Shown: positions 14,123 through 47,435 of the stretch, in pieces | How the letters are laid out: each line of letters starts with the position of its first letter | How positions within the stretch are numbered: position 1 is the stretch's first letter | Source: Paragordius varius | Lineage: Eukaryota; Animalia; Nematomorpha | Direction of reading: 5' to 3' | DNA: 64,000 nt | NCBI GenBank assembly: GCA_964247055.1 | Contig: OZ176052.1 | Coordinates: 6,200,001 to 6,264,000 of the forward strand | Position numbers and translations under genes: made by a program | The notes under the pieces: model-generated | What the model saw: the letters and a program-made list of their open reading frames with translations, nothing else | Told to the model about the DNA's origin: nothing | Databases searched by the model: none

Positions 14123-17100
14123 ATAAAATGAATATCGATCTGTATATCTTTTAAAATTAAAAGTTACCACCTAATATCAAATTGCAATGTTTTTGAAAGC
14201 CATTAATTTTTGTGGAAAATAATTATACCCAATTTGTCGGCTTATGCAAATTTCTTTTGTAATTTTTATAATCATAAATCTATCGAGCTTATATAGACTC
14301 AACTATAGGGTATTTATATGTAATAATTCTTAAATTTTTATGATTGCCGACATAGACTTTAGTAAGTGCGCATGTTATTGGGTTAGGGTACTAGCAGTAA
14401 ATTAAGAAAGGTGCTTAAAATCTTATTGAAAATTTGTATTACAATCACGAATTTTAGTGGGCATTTTGTAACGATATAATATATATATATATTATACAAA
14501 CGTTTAAATATAGAGTACCAATCGTTTTATTTTTACTATTTTTTTCATCATAAAAAGTTGCTTCAAAATTTACTGATGTTACTCATTAGATATTATAATC
14601 TAATTTTTTATGTTAATCTTCAGCGATTTTTATACATGATTAAGAAAAAGTATTATATTTATATGTCCGATAAAGGGTTAAGTCTGTTATCTGCCAAAAA
14701 ATTTACCAATAGTACCGTTAGGCAATGCAATTAATTATAATAACCAGTGATCAAAATTATTAAGGATATCAAATTTTCGAAAAGTATGTTTAATAGAGTT
14801 CGGCAACTTACCTGAGGCGTAGTTTACATTTCTGACGCCCGGTGCATGAATCCGGGATGGCGCCCCCCTCCCCCTCTATACTACCCCTTGCATTTTAAAA
14901 AAATAATCAAATTTAACCCGTGGTCATGACCACTTATAAATGGGTGATTTTTTTATTTATTATTTAAAATAATAACTTTTAAATAACTATTTATTTTAAA
15001 TAAAATTTAAATTTTTTAAAATCCTTCACTCCTTCAACTATAGCGCCTCGGGTGCATCAGCCCTCTTTCCTCCTCTCTAGCTAAGCCTCTGCAACCTGCT
15101 ATTCTTTGAAACTTACAGAAGTTTGCCCTATTAATAATATATTAACAAAATAGTAATTAATTTGCAGTCGGCATAAATTTTACCGACTCCTGTATTATTA
15201 TTTTCAGAATTAATTATAATAATATCTATAGAAAAAGTGACTTGGCTCTAGACAAGTTTACAAATCTAATAAAATGCTTTGATCTGTTAACTAGAGGTTT
15301 TGCTTTAGAGTAAAGTGAATATTATATGCCATGTCTGTATTTAAAAAGTTAAAAGGGTTTTTAATTTACATGCCATTAGCCATGTGTGAGATTTTTTGTT
15401 TTTCTTAGTTACATCCATTATATTTCTTTGACCCTAATTTTCAAAATTGTAACTAATAAAAACCAAATATATCATACATTTCTACTGACATGTAAATTAG
15501 CGACCATTTTAGCCATTAAAATACAGATATGGGCTTTTAATAGTACTCCTTACTGTATACATAACATGGCTTTTCGCTAAAAAAATAATAAAGGAATTTT
15601 TTTCATTTAACCAAGTTTTACTGTTTATATTAGCATGCAACTGTGGAATCTAATATCCCAACATACTATAAAGATATTGAATATCAATCGCCCTGTACAT
15701 TTATATGTCGGCGATTGCGAAATTCGGTCCAACGGACTGACCCTGAGGCTATTGGGGAAAAGGTGGAACTCATTAAACTTGTCAATGCTCTTTTATCACC
15801 CAAGATTTTGGATATTCATGATAGGATTACACTTAGAAATGAATTTGTTGGTAAGTTTATATATATATATGTGATTAAAACACTTTAACTTGAGTATTGG
15901 CGTAAATCTCATCAGTCTTAACAAAATAGTTTTACCAACATTTTATTTTTATTTGATCGTTTTTATCTCACATTTTATAGCTTTTATATACGTTTCGATA
16001 ATTTATGATTTTTCGTTGCTAATTGTAAAATTATTGATAATGATAGATTTATAGCTTAGTTCGTTTCATGATGTGCCAGACCTCCCGTAACAATTTAATA
16101 GTCTTTTGCATTCAATAATAATTTTCACACTTTTATCACGGAATCAATGTGCTGCATAAAATAATTACTTAAATCAATTAAAAATTGCACATTTTTTCAA
16201 TAAAGAAAAGAAATTAAAAAAAACCAATATGCTCTTTTTGCCAAATTATAATTTTATATGGCGACTATAACAAAAACGTTATGAACTCTAATTTTTATAT
16301 TTATCCCCATATTTAAAGTTTAAAAAGGGAATTATAACCTAAAAAATTTAACTTTGATGATATGTGATAGGAATGTGTTTGTGAACTTTCTTAATAAATT
16401 TATGTAAATTGTTATAAGTTTGGGCGTCATCACGCACAAAAACCATTACATGTATATTTATTTCATTTCCATAATTTTTATTTTAAACTATATTTCCATC
16501 TATTTAGGTGCTCGTCTGACGGATGCCTTGACTCTTTTCAAGTAACTTTACTCTTTTTTATCTGTTTGAAAAAAAATTTGGTTAAGTAAAACCGTTTTTT
16601 AGATCGTTATAAATAAAATATTATTTAAAAATTACTATTATTTCTATACTAATAATGAGAAGAGTTATTATTGTAAAAAACAGCTTAATTTATATAAATC
16701 GAAATATTGAATTTTAACGTGATGAAATGGTTTATAATGAAATATTTTAGATATGAGATTAAACATTATTATGTTTTTTGTTACCAGATGGATGGATTTT
16801 TATTACTAAAAGTGAAAATCTTAGAATATTAGAGTATATATATAAGCGGCAAATAGTATTTAACAGATATTTTTTTGCTCTTTTTTTTCAATATCAAGGT
16901 TTAGTTAGAATTTAATAATTTAAACTAATCCTTAATTTAATTCGTTTATCATTAATGAATTCAAAGAATTTAAATATTTGCCTTTTCAATATAAATATAA
17001 CTTAATCTAATATTACATATATATTGGGGTTCATTGATTACATTTTTTGAATTTTTCCTTATTCACCATAAAATTTTAAAAGATTCCTAACTCGCATTTA

Positions 17101-18364
17101 TCTTCACAAAATTATTTTTTTGATTTTAGAATTTTACATTCGGACAACAAAATTTTAATGAGACAAATAGCCCTATTTGAACAACAAATGGAAAACGACG
17201 ATCAATATATAACAAATACGTTGTGTGACATTGATCTCAATTCACATCATGAACTTTTGAACGCTATCTTACATCAGGTTTCAGTTTTTTTTTCAAAATA
17301 CTTTTTTTGTTTTTGCAAATGGCTAAAATTATAATGGAATATATATTATATTGCTAGATAAAAAATAGCCCTCAAGAATTTGAATTACTCACTATCTTAC
17401 GTTATTTATTGTCAATATTGTTGAGTGAAGATCAATGGAAAAATGTTAAAAATGATAATAAGGCCAACTTGACTCCGCCTACTAACACAGGGAACCTTGA
17501 AACACATAATAAATCAAACAACTGTGATAATAAAACATCACCCTGGGCCCAAATGATATGGAATTATATTGTGAAATACATAATATCCATCAATAACATT
17601 AATAACGAAACCGATGCTCAAAAGTTCCATACTAAAATGATTCAGGATAGTACTGGGTACTCTCGGGAATGCAACAAAAGCTTATTTGACCACAATGACG
17701 CTAAAACCCAATATGAAATTTCTACACCGAATATAATCCCCACCCAAGATCCAGGTACTAAAAGTTTTACTGTATATTTCAACAAATACAAAAGTAATCT
17801 TAATATTTTTAACAGTATTTCATATTATTATTGCAGATGGTTATGGAAAATTCTTGAATTACAGTCATGTATCCTTTATTTTATCCAAAATTTATATTTT
17901 TTCGTTAAATGGCTATAAATATTTGGTAAAGAATGGAAAAAACAAGAGCTCTATGGTAATTCTTAAATCAATAAGATATTGTTAATACCATAGAGCTCTT
18001 ATTTTTTCCATTCTTTACCAAATTACCCATTTAACGAAAAAAAATAAATTTTTGATAAAATAAAGGACACATGACTGTTTTTAGTACTATACAGATCTCA
18101 TTAAAATATAAATAGTATTTTTTATTACCTTTATAATATGGTTGATTAAATTTGAATCTTATCTTGAAAATCATTTATGACATTTGGCTATTTAATAACA
18201 TTGTTTCAATGGCCCATTTGAAATGTTTTAATTGTATAATTCTCACGCTAATATAAATAACTTTCGAAATAGCTATAAAAATATGAATTATTCTAATTAA
18301 GAATATACTATAACTTCTTAGATTTTTATATGAACTCTAAATTCAAATGATATAAAGTTTTTAA

Positions 18365-18401
<37 letters not shown>

Positions 18402-21400
18402 TATATATTAATATATAATATAGTTATATAATGTTTAATTTATTTGATTGAATTTCAAATTATGGGTTAGATCAAAGGTGTAAAAATATTTAAATTAAGA
18501 TATCTATTGTTTTAGTGATTTAAATCGCCTTAACACTAACCAATTTAGCCAATAGTTATATAAATTACATTAATTAAAATTTCAATATGTAAAACCTTGT
18601 GTAATACTTCACCGCTGTTTGTTTCTCAAATTTTTTAACATGATCAGGTTTTAATACATAAAAATTAAAAACGACTAATATTATGCTATTTAAAATCAGC
18701 TAATATATTTCTTTCTTCAATATATATACATTTCCATATTTAGTTAAATATATTTATAAATTAATATAATAAAATTTACTATTCCGTTTTCGTTCCGTTA
18801 GGGGGTAGTTGTATATGCCATCTTACTTGTCCATTACACTCGAATACAAAGATCTCACATTCTAATGACATTGCGAATTTACCGGTGACTAATATTAGTC
18901 CGACAAGTGTCGCTTCTGTAACAAATGTTCACAAAATACCCATTGCGCCCCCAATACCACCACCCATGCCAACTAAATCCCTCAAATTGTATTGTGATAA
19001 TTTATCGAATTCAAAAGCAAACGAAGGAAACACCACTAAAAACATAGCTAATGAAATAAAACATATTTGTAAAAATAAAGATTTATCGTTAAATTCCGAC
19101 GACTCATCCTACGGTTCAGAAGAACAAAATTATGCCGCTGTTAAGTTAAAACGGACATCCACCAATAAATTAGTTTTGAGTCCTGAGCCACGAATATTAG
19201 AAAAAATACCCTTGTCTCATTCATACGGTGATCAAGATCATATACAGGGTTTGTCACATAAGGTGGATCAAAATACAAATTCGCCAATTATATACACCTA
19301 TGGAAGCACGGGTGTTGATAGTGATATCTATTGCAGTACATCTATTTCATCATTGGAATATGGCTCATCAGGGTATGATGGATTGTTAACTCCCAACAGT
19401 TTAGATGATAATCACGAAAGAATGGAGAATATAGGTATTTCATTACATATTTTGCTTTGTGGGTGAAGCAAAATTTTACTCTAAACATTTTTGATACCGA
19501 ATAATCTGGGTTTTAAGGTTCATTATTAATCATTGTAAAATATTAAATAGGTAACCATGGAAACAATACACAGACAAGACATTTTAATTGTAACATATCC
19601 GATGTAGTTTCACAACACTATCAGAGAAGACAAAATTTGAGTTCCACCGATTCAAAAGCACCAACTAATATTCTAAAACTCAAACACTCGGGTGATACAA
19701 AAGTCAAAGGATCTTCAAAGACATTTTTACCACAACAAATTACTCCCCAACCCAAAATACGCTTAAAAACTTTGAACTGGATCCGTATTCCGATCGGAAA
19801 AATTTTAGACGCTAAAAATAATGATAATGTGTGGACGAGCACTTTGACACAAACAAATCCCTCATCGCTTCAAGTATTGTTTGGTGGAAAAAAAGAAAAA
19901 GAAATTCAACAAGCCATAGATTTTGCAAAGCTTGAAGAACTATTTGGAATCGTTCAAATCACATCACCTGTAAAAAATGGCCAAAACAATAATACGGCAA
20001 GCATAATGAAAACAACTAACGCGTCTGATGATTATAAATACACACCATGCAATAGTTTAGGTAAAGATCGTATTTCCGACGATGGAAGTAACATAAGTTT
20101 AAATGGCTCAATTTTGGGTATGGGTTGCTGGTCCGAAGGCGGGCGTAGAACGCAACAAGAGGTAAATTAATCAACATGGTATTTATAAAAGATTCAGTAA
20201 AAATAATACATTATAGTAAACAAATTAATTACGAATTTTTTTAATTAGTAGCAGAATATCTATAACATGCTGTCTGCTGTCGCATTTTATATTTTTTTAA
20301 TTAAACTCAACCTTTTTTCCTCACATTCTTAAACAGCCTCAATGCTTATTAATTCAGTCAAACTACGTTTTTTTCTTAACCCTAAAATTAATTAGTATTT
20401 TAAACCATTATTATATCTAAAAACAATATTCACGTTTTTTGATATTAAGGATAAAATTGTAAATGAAAACGTGTTGGGGTATTTGCGAAAACGTTGAGTT
20501 TAAAAAGTCTTAAGTTTGATTAAAAAATTTATAAAATAACTAATAAAAACCATTTACAAACACTGATACTATTATTAATTTTCTCCTTGTTAAAATAAAA
20601 TATAATTAATATGTATTATTATTTCGAGGTTTTGTTGCTGGAACCCAAACGCAATCTAAATATTAGCATCTATCTGAAACAATTTAAAAGGTATGGTATG
20701 TTTCATATCAATTTTTTAGCTGTATGTGACATAGGGTACATTCTTAATTACTATTATATTAGGATCATTTGTAATATAATTACCGATAATTATATTTAAT
20801 TTATTTGAAAAAAAATAATGTTAAGTCTTGATGGATGTTAAAAGTTTGGTATTTTCCCAATAAGCCAAAAAATTTAGGGATTCATTGCATAAGGGTATAT
20901 ATAAAAAATTTAAATAACTTATTTTAAAAATTTTTATTTATGAATTAAAATCTACATTAATATTGGCCAATTGTCTTTTGGGTCCAAGTCGTCAGAAACT
21001 TTTGAAATAATAATTATTATTTTCTCATTAAATTATATATTTTATCGGTATCTAGTGGATATGATGAATTGTTACAGTTTATTATGGATGGTAAAGCAAC
21101 ATCGACTATGGGAACCGAAAAGTTACGAGGACTGCTGAAATTAATGCCAGAATCATATGAGGTTTATAAAGTTATAAGAAATAACTTGATTAAAATTTCA
21201 ATATGATCCGTATTTATCCAAATATATTAATTTAAATTGGAGAACTATAAAATCTTAAACCATTTAAATAATATAAAATGGTTTATATTACCCACCGAAA
21301 TATTATATGAAGTGACATTTATTCTATTTTTGAAATATAGATTGATCTAATACGATCTTACGAAGGTCAATTCAACAAACTTGGCATAGCAGAACAATTT

Positions 21401-24400
21401 TTAACGAAACTCATTGCGATCCCCGAGTATGTTATCAAAATTTCTATGCATTAAAAAATAATTTGGTTTAAATTTTTTTATTGATATTATAATATAAATA
21501 GAAAGAAATGACTTTTATTATAATTTGAACGTTATATTGTTTGATATACTTATAATTTACCATTTATGATTCAAATTCACCCTTAAACAATTCAAATTCA
21601 CCCTCGAACAATTCGAATTCACCCTCAAATAAAATATATGTTTTTTAAGATTAAAAATTATCTATATTCTTATATATTTTTAAAAAATAAATTTTGTTTT
21701 AAATTAAAATAATACTGGAAAAATGACAGACTATGCCATACAGATAATAATATTAATAATGAGCTATATTAGTCCGAAAACACATGATTTATTTTTAGGG
21801 TGAATTCGAATTCAAGGGTGAATTTGAACTGTAAATGGTATATAAAAAAACTTATTTGGTACTGTAAATTATGCAAAACATCCATTTATTATGGTATCCG
21901 GGTACGATTTTATTAATTGCATGTCTAAATTTTTAGCTACCAATTAAGAATAGAAGGATTATTGCTAAAAGAAGATTTTTTGAATATCTTGGATGAAATT
22001 CTTCCAGCGCTCGATTCAATAATATACACTGCTCAGGGTAAAACGGATTATTTTTATTATTCATATTGTCCAAATAATTAACTATCACTTATTATTTACA
22101 TTATTTTCAACTCATATTTGCCATATAGATATCAAAAAATGTACAACTCTTCACGAAATACTCTTGCTAACCGTATATATCGGAAATTTCATTAACTCGG
22201 TAAATCTATTTATTTTTTCCAATATAATTTTGTATATTGACAAATGTGCATTCTAAAAGTTCCATATAAATTAGGGTGGTTATGCAGGCAATGCTGCCGG
22301 AATAAAATTGTCATCTTTGCTCAAAATCGTAGAAATACGGGGTAATCATCCCAAAATTGGTTTAATACATATTGTCGCAGAGGTATTCAATTTATACCAT
22401 AATTTTTTGATAAAACTATGTAACTTTATAAATGTAAGATTGTTAAGAATAGTTTCGAACGCAGTCGCCCCTAAACCAACCATAATCATTTTTATTGACA
22501 AAGAGCATTCTTACTAAATTAATTTTAACTAACATTAATGATTCATTAATACAATTTTAGCAACTGACAAAAGTTCAAATATCGCCAGCAAAATTGTTTG
22601 AACAATTGAAATATCTGGAAAAGGCCCAGAAGTATTAATATTCTTAACTAGAGTTTACATTATATTATTAATTAATTTGTGATGTTTGGCGGATTATTAG
22701 TAAATCATAAAACAGTTATTTAAGGAAAAATAACGTGGTTTTCATGAGAATAATATCAAAACCGTTCATCGATTATGTGTATTTAATATGATAAAAAGTT
22801 TGTTAAAATGTATTTTGAAAACTAATATTTAGACTTCCTTCAATCCTTATTTTGTCTCAAAAATAATTTAATATTTTTATATAGGATAAATATGGAATCG
22901 TTAATAGGAGACATAACTTCATTGACAACAAAGTGTGGTAATCTCTCCTCACAAGTCAACAAAACGAAAGATACCATTTTGCGAAATGGGTTAGAGGATT
23001 TTTTAAAGGTACATATTTTAACTATATAGCTACCTTACAATGAATGCCACATAATGGCAGCATTGAAATCGATAGGGGAATAAATATTTATATTATAGCA
23101 AATTAAATTATTTTATTTATATAAAACAAAAGTAAAGAGTTTATATGCTTTTTTGGCAAATATAATCTTACACTGTTTTATAAACTGCTAAAAACAGCTG
23201 ATCGGTCAAATTATTAGAATATATAGGATCAATTTTTCCCTTAATCATACATTTTTATTGTTTTTTATAGCAAATTATATCAATCTTTTGGATTTTTGTT
23301 TCTCATATATAAGTACCGTAATAAAAAACCATAATTAATAAATTATTTATTGTTTTAAGTACTCTAAACAAGAAATGGATTCTATCCAGCGGGATTTAGT
23401 AGAAATTGAGCGTTGGCGATTAACATTGTCTGACTTTTTCTGCGAGGACCAATCGACATTTAAACTGGAAGAATGTTACAAAATATTTTACACATTCATA
23501 GATAGGCTGAAACAAGCGGATGAGGTAACGATGAACACTTTGTTTTTACTTTTTTTTGTCCATAAGCACATGATGTAAAAACTTAAAAATTAATATTTTT
23601 TTATATAAAACATATTTTAAATTTTGATTCATAATATAACCTATTTTGGATTGCAAAATCAGGAAGAGAAATGAAATTCGGTAACCATAATTTTATATAT
23701 TTTATTGTAATCTTTAAAGTATATAAAAAATCAAGGGATTAAAAGCTTTGTCATTCACATAAAAAATTAGTCTTTTACCATCGTTTCACCAATTTTATGG
23801 ATTTATTTACATTTCTTTTTATTCAGGAAAATATGCGTCGTAAAATACATGAAAATGAAAAAGGCAATAATAGACTCTCCATATCATCCCATAACAACAT
23901 AGTAGCGCGCAGTCTTTCTGCATCATGCGATGCATTAAACGCTGACGAAGTTCCCTTAATATCCAAAAATAAATTAAATGATGTATCATCGTCTCACCAA
24001 TACGCAAGATCTCGACGCTCTCATGGACCTAAAATCCAAGAACAATTGATGACTTTTGACAGTTGCATAGTTATGGCACCAATTAACAAATATCATTCGA
24101 TAACACAAAGAGGCGGAAGTAATCATACTACGTATCATTTTAAAGATGTATCATCCCCCAACAACAATGAAACAGAGGCCGGAGATCAATTATCTGCAAT
24201 GCGCGCATCAAAATGTAATACAAAAATCGAAAAAATACAGGAAAATATTTTACCATCCAATAAAAGCGCCATCAATATAAACAAAAGCCGCACTAATAAA
24301 CTTCAAAAAGTGATAAATGGTTCATCTTCCGACGATGAAAAAAGTTCAGGGGCTGGTGAATCCATAATATCTGGCTTAGTGGGCAAAAATGGTACACATA

Positions 24401-26059
24401 TAGATCAAGGTAACGCAATATATGTTAAGTTAAGGTTTATCGAACATAAGTTATTTTTGGCCATTATCTTAAACATTTACCAAAAGGTTTTAGTCATAAT
24501 TAATAATGGAAAATATATGTCAAAACTTATCTATTAGATTCATATATGAATCAAAGCTCTTTTTAAAAGGTAAATTATATTTGGCTATTAAATTTAATTC
24601 TAATCAATATTTAGATAGTGATAGTTTACGTTCTGGAAGTTCTGGCCAAAATTATGGAACCAACAATAATCAATATAGTTCTTCCCCTTCATATGCGACT
24701 CAAAGCAAGGATGTTGGTTATTTAGCTAAAAATCATGATTTAACCAATAGAAAATGGTATCAAGAGTCTTGCACCAACACTCATCCCTATAAAAGTGATG
24801 ATAAAAACATATCTAATCGGATAAATAACTCATTAAATAATATGCTAGGAAAGCCTATGAATGATTACACCCATAATTTATATAATTCACAAAGGGATAG
24901 TGGTTATATCGAACAACATGATATTGAGGAAAACAATAGAAATGAAGAGGTAAATTTTACCATGGTGGTTACAAATAACAGCCAACCTGCCACCAAATGT
25001 ATAACTTCGAAAAAAAGCTGTGATAATGAGGCCCAATCCATCAAAAATCATAAATATTTAACCAAATCTACACATTATAACCTAAAACCTTACGATGGTA
25101 AACGATTCGAAAAAGTAACGACATCAAATGAACCAATTTCATTGATGGAAAACGTAAACCATGAAGATTTTTACAAACAAATATTGAGCAAAAAAGAAGG
25201 GAGAGAAAAAAGCAATAATACCAATCAAGATTACAATACATTTACTAATCCCCAAGGAAATAATGGAATTAAAAATGCGATTGCTCACAAGAGTATGCTT
25301 AATGCCCATGATAAATACAAATCTGCCAAATGCTCCAAGGAGAGTATAAGCTCTAAAAAGAGTGGTGGAGTCATGTCTCACAGTGCAGAGGATCATAAAT
25401 CATCCGTAGCGTTGAAACGATTGTCAAACAAGTGTGGCGGTAATACACAGCACGCATCCTTTCAGTATCTCAATGTAAAAAAATCGGATACCAATTTCGA
25501 ATCTCACAAAAAACACAACTATTCAAAAAACAGTTCTTCCGTTGAAACATCTAACAAACAACACGAAGCTCCTAACCACACGAACATAAATAATAAATAT
25601 ATTGACCTTGTAACAAATAATGTGTATAACGATATGCGTACCAATGAAAACAAATCTTTCAACCGTCCCGTAAACGTTACCCAAAAAGGGAAATCCGAAA
25701 CGGTTAAAAGAGATAAATCAGTCCCGAAATATACATTGAGTAGTGGAATGAATCGGGCAGCAAGATTAAGAGCACAAAATTGCTCACAACAATTAACACA
25801 AGCTGGTTCTTTGGCTAGCTCATCACAAGTAAATATTAATAATGATACATGCACATCATCCCCACAAAATAATGATCAACTAAATAGTTCAAAAATTTCC
25901 AAAAATGGTGGTAGTTATGCGAGAAAATCGGAATCATATGCTTTGATTGCTTCGCAAGGATTAAAAACAAATAAATCGCAGCATCACGTAAATAGCAAGG
26001 AAAATATAAATGGCAGGCGATCATTGGCTCCTCCTTTAAAAACTATGTGTGTTAAATAA
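7814..26059 (+). CDS. Inverted formin (INF2/FHDC1/form3 family): partial DID/FH3 region, minimal FH1, FH2, long Asn/Ser/Lys-rich tail; about 1769 aa
   Basis: Phase-consistent GT-AG exon chain: 7814-7883, 10335-10576, 12882-12917, 15634-15850, 16508-16541, 17130-17277, 17358-17754, 18802-19434, 19551-20161, 20629-20690, 21056-21161, 21341-21426, 21937-22037, 22129-22199, 22275-22382, 22561-22631, 22885-23008, 23360-23524, 23827-24409, 24615-26059. INF2-like DID motifs (RITLRNEFVG, IDLNSHHELLNAILHQ). FH2 motifs (LKTLNWIRIP, EPKRNLNISIYLKQFK, YQLRIEGLLLKEDF, GNFINSGGYAGNAAGIKLSSL, FFCEDQSTFKLEECYKIF). The first three exons are less certain than the FH2 exons. Confidence 0.88.
11573..11609. repeat. 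(TA)n microsatellite, the longest of many (others near 9537, 14093, 18368, 36708, 42740, 50293, 56094)
   Basis: Uninterrupted TA run visible in the sequence. Confidence 0.95.
12300..12578 (-). mobile_element. hAT-like non-autonomous element end
   Basis: Terminal GTTGGAGACCCCTG (reverse complement CAGGGGTCTCCAAC, a hAT/Charlie-type TIR) plus subterminal cgcgggccgc motifs. A related degenerate end lies at about 1846-1870. The second terminus was not found. Confidence 0.45.
17862..18077. mobile_element. Palindromic MITE in a formin intron (CAGTC...GACTG, Tc1/mariner-like end)
   Basis: About 95-bp imperfect inverted arms (cagtcatgtatcctttattttat / ataaaataaaggacacatgactg); TA on the left flank, TT on the right. 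Confidence 0.7.
21560..21838. mobile_element. MITE with TA flanks and subterminal aattcaccct repeats, in a formin intron
   Basis: TA-CCATTTA...TAAATGG-TA, with three aattcaccct copies on the left and two inverted copies on the right. Confidence 0.65.
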
Positions 26060-26339
26060 AAAGAAATTATTCAAAATAATTATTATATATTTTTATCAAT
26101 AAATTTTACAATGTTTAACGGTGTGAAACTAGCCTTGAAGTTAACGTTATTAGCTTATTAAAAACATTTTTCTATCTCGTACTATTTTCCCCAAAAAGTA
26201 ATAGCTCAAAATTATATTATACATATTTTTTCAAAAATGTTAAGGAATATCCCTTAGTTATGATATAATATTTTATTTTTTTATTTGATAAATTATTGAC
26301 TATAATATCTATCTAACATAAAATAAATAAGGGTATGTG

Positions 26340-44969
<18,630 letters not shown>

Positions 44970-46149
44970 GTGCAAACATGCGTACCAATAGGGACTAACT
45001 ATAATATGTTAAATCAATGAATTTATATAATTTATCAGACAGAAAAGTCTTTTTGAGAATAAAATATCACCCCTAACATACATATATATTGAATGCAAAA
45101 AATAAATATTTATATATTTCAAAAAATAAAATAAAATGTAACCAAATATTAATAAAAAAAGTCAACTTATATTAATGAAAATACATATTTTACAGAGGGC
45201 TAACAAAGCGGATATTTACCGCTAATATCCACCTTTAAAAACTAATAAGAATCATTAACCTACCGAACAATCTATAGAGATTTTTTTTCAGCTTTGTATT
45301 TTTTAAAACCATGATATTTGATAACGGCTCAATGGGACAAATTAAAAATGATGGCCTCCTCAGTATCTGCAGATTCGTAAAAAACATAATTATTACAATA
45401 AGGTCTAAATCTTTTCGGAAACTTGCTTCAAAGCATTTGTTTGATCAAAATATATTATCTAAAAAGGGGAGGCCTAAACTGAGAGGAAAATTTAAAAAAG
45501 GTCCTGTCCCCTCGGTGCATTTAAAAGAAAATCAAGAAAATCTAATAAATTAAATATGCCTACACGTTTGCGGTAAATGGCTTCCTTTTTCAAAGTGATG
45601 GTGATGAATTTAGGGGTTAATTCAAAATGGCTCCGCTACCTAGGGAAATTTATAGGCGTATAAAAATTTTTATTTTGGTATTCGAATCCTCTACATGTTT
45701 TCCAAAAATTTTAAAGCCAATTTAAAAACCCTATTTAGAGATAAAGAACTAGGTAATTAAATTAAAGAGGGATTCATCATTCGGGACTTTTGAAAATGAA
45801 ACAAAAAATTCATCTTTCAAATACAATATTTTTTAAAGGACCTAATTTTTATACAGGCGAGGTTGAATTGAGAGGTCATAGTTTGGCGTAGATTTTCGCT
45901 TATTTATTGTATTAGGAAGGGAAAAAGGGTAAAATTAAGCTGTAAAAGTCGAATGTAAATCTAGGATATACGATATTCCAGCAACAATAATTGAATGTAA
46001 TTTCAAAATAAATTCAAAGTTTCTTACTTGTGGCTGATTTTAATTTCAACAAAAAGTGTTCTATCATCTCCATGGGCGCTATAGATCCGATATGATAATA
46101 CTAAAAAATGTAGTATCGTTAATTTGGCATATGTGTTTATTTATATTAA

Positions 46150-47272
46150 CACTTGGATACAATAAATTCATTCCAGCCCTTCGATATTATGGTAGTTGTA
46201 AACCCCAGGCCTATTTAAAATTAAATAATTAATATGAAATGAATTAAAACTATGGATGAAATTTGCACTTATATACATTATGAACCAAAATATATATAAA
46301 AATTTATTCAAAAATACTTGATATTACTTATCTAAGGTAAAACCGAAAGGTAAAAATTTAGTCAACATGACATGTGTGCATTAGCTAAATTTAATAATAA
46401 TAATAAACCATTTTTTGTGTTTCTGTCAATGCTTAATGTAATTTAAATAAAAAATTAGCTTTAATCTTGTCTTTATAATCAAATAAACACGATATTTTTA
46501 AAAGATGTTGCAAAATAAAAATGGCGTCGAACTAGTTTGATATGGAACTTTTTTCTCTAATTAAATTTTATTTGGATATTTTGGCTTATTTAGATAATTT
46601 TTATTAGAATAGAAGCATAAATTTGAATTTGACTGTTTCTTACAGTGGTTTTTTCAAAAATATCAACTTTAATATAGTCTGTGGTATTAACACTTGGATA
46701 AAACACATTCATTTTTGTCCTTCGATTCAAATTAGGGTAGTTAAATACCCCAGGCCTGTTTAAAATAAAATTTTTAAAAAATATGGAAGGAATCGAAAGC
46801 TTGGCAAAATTTTGAACTTAACATTAATAAACCGAAATATATAAAAAAATTTTATTCAAAAATACTTGATATTACTTATTTTAAGCTAAAATCGAAAGGT
46901 AAAAATTTAGTCAACGTGACACGTGTGCAATGGTAAAATTGAAAAATAATATAAAATAAACCATTTTTCCATTTCTATCAATGTTAGATGTAATTTAAAT
47001 AAAATATTAGCTTTAATTTTACCCTAAAAATTAATGAAGATGATATTTTGCAAAAATTTTGTAAAATAAAAATGGCGTCGAAGTAGTTTGACATTGAACT
47101 TTTTTTCAAAACAAATTTTTATTTAGATATTTTGGCATATTTTTATTTTATTAGGTGAGAAGCATAATGAGGACTGTTTCTTTCAGTAGTTTTTTAAAAT
47201 AATTTAGTCTGGGGTATTTAGATAACCCATTTTGAATCGAAGTGTTAAGATAACCCAATTTGAATCGAAGTG
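46150..47272 (+). mobile_element. Nested pair of TTAA-targeting MITEs (copy 46691-47244 inserted in copy 46150-47272)
   Basis: CACTT...AAGTG ends. TTAA is duplicated around the inner copy (46687-46690, 47245-47248) and around the outer copy (46146-46149, 47273-47276). Confidence 0.85.
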
Positions 47273-47435
47273 TTAAATTTATTTTTCATGTAAAATCTTT
47301 TAATTTATTAGATAAATTCGATAGTAATTCTTTTAATTAGAATAAATGTATTGTTGAAAATTAATAAAATTAATAATAGGGTCTTTTAAAAAATATGCGA
47401 TAATGAAATTTATATAACACCCGGGTTCGAGTTGC

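Noticed and set aside
15208-15296. Extra formin exon (INYNNIYRK...)
   Set aside because: Its 3' phase does not fit the 15634 acceptor; the chain 10576-12882/12917-15634 is consistent without it.
15908-15914. Hammerhead core CTGATGA on the minus strand
   Set aside because: No stem II or GAAA box follows.
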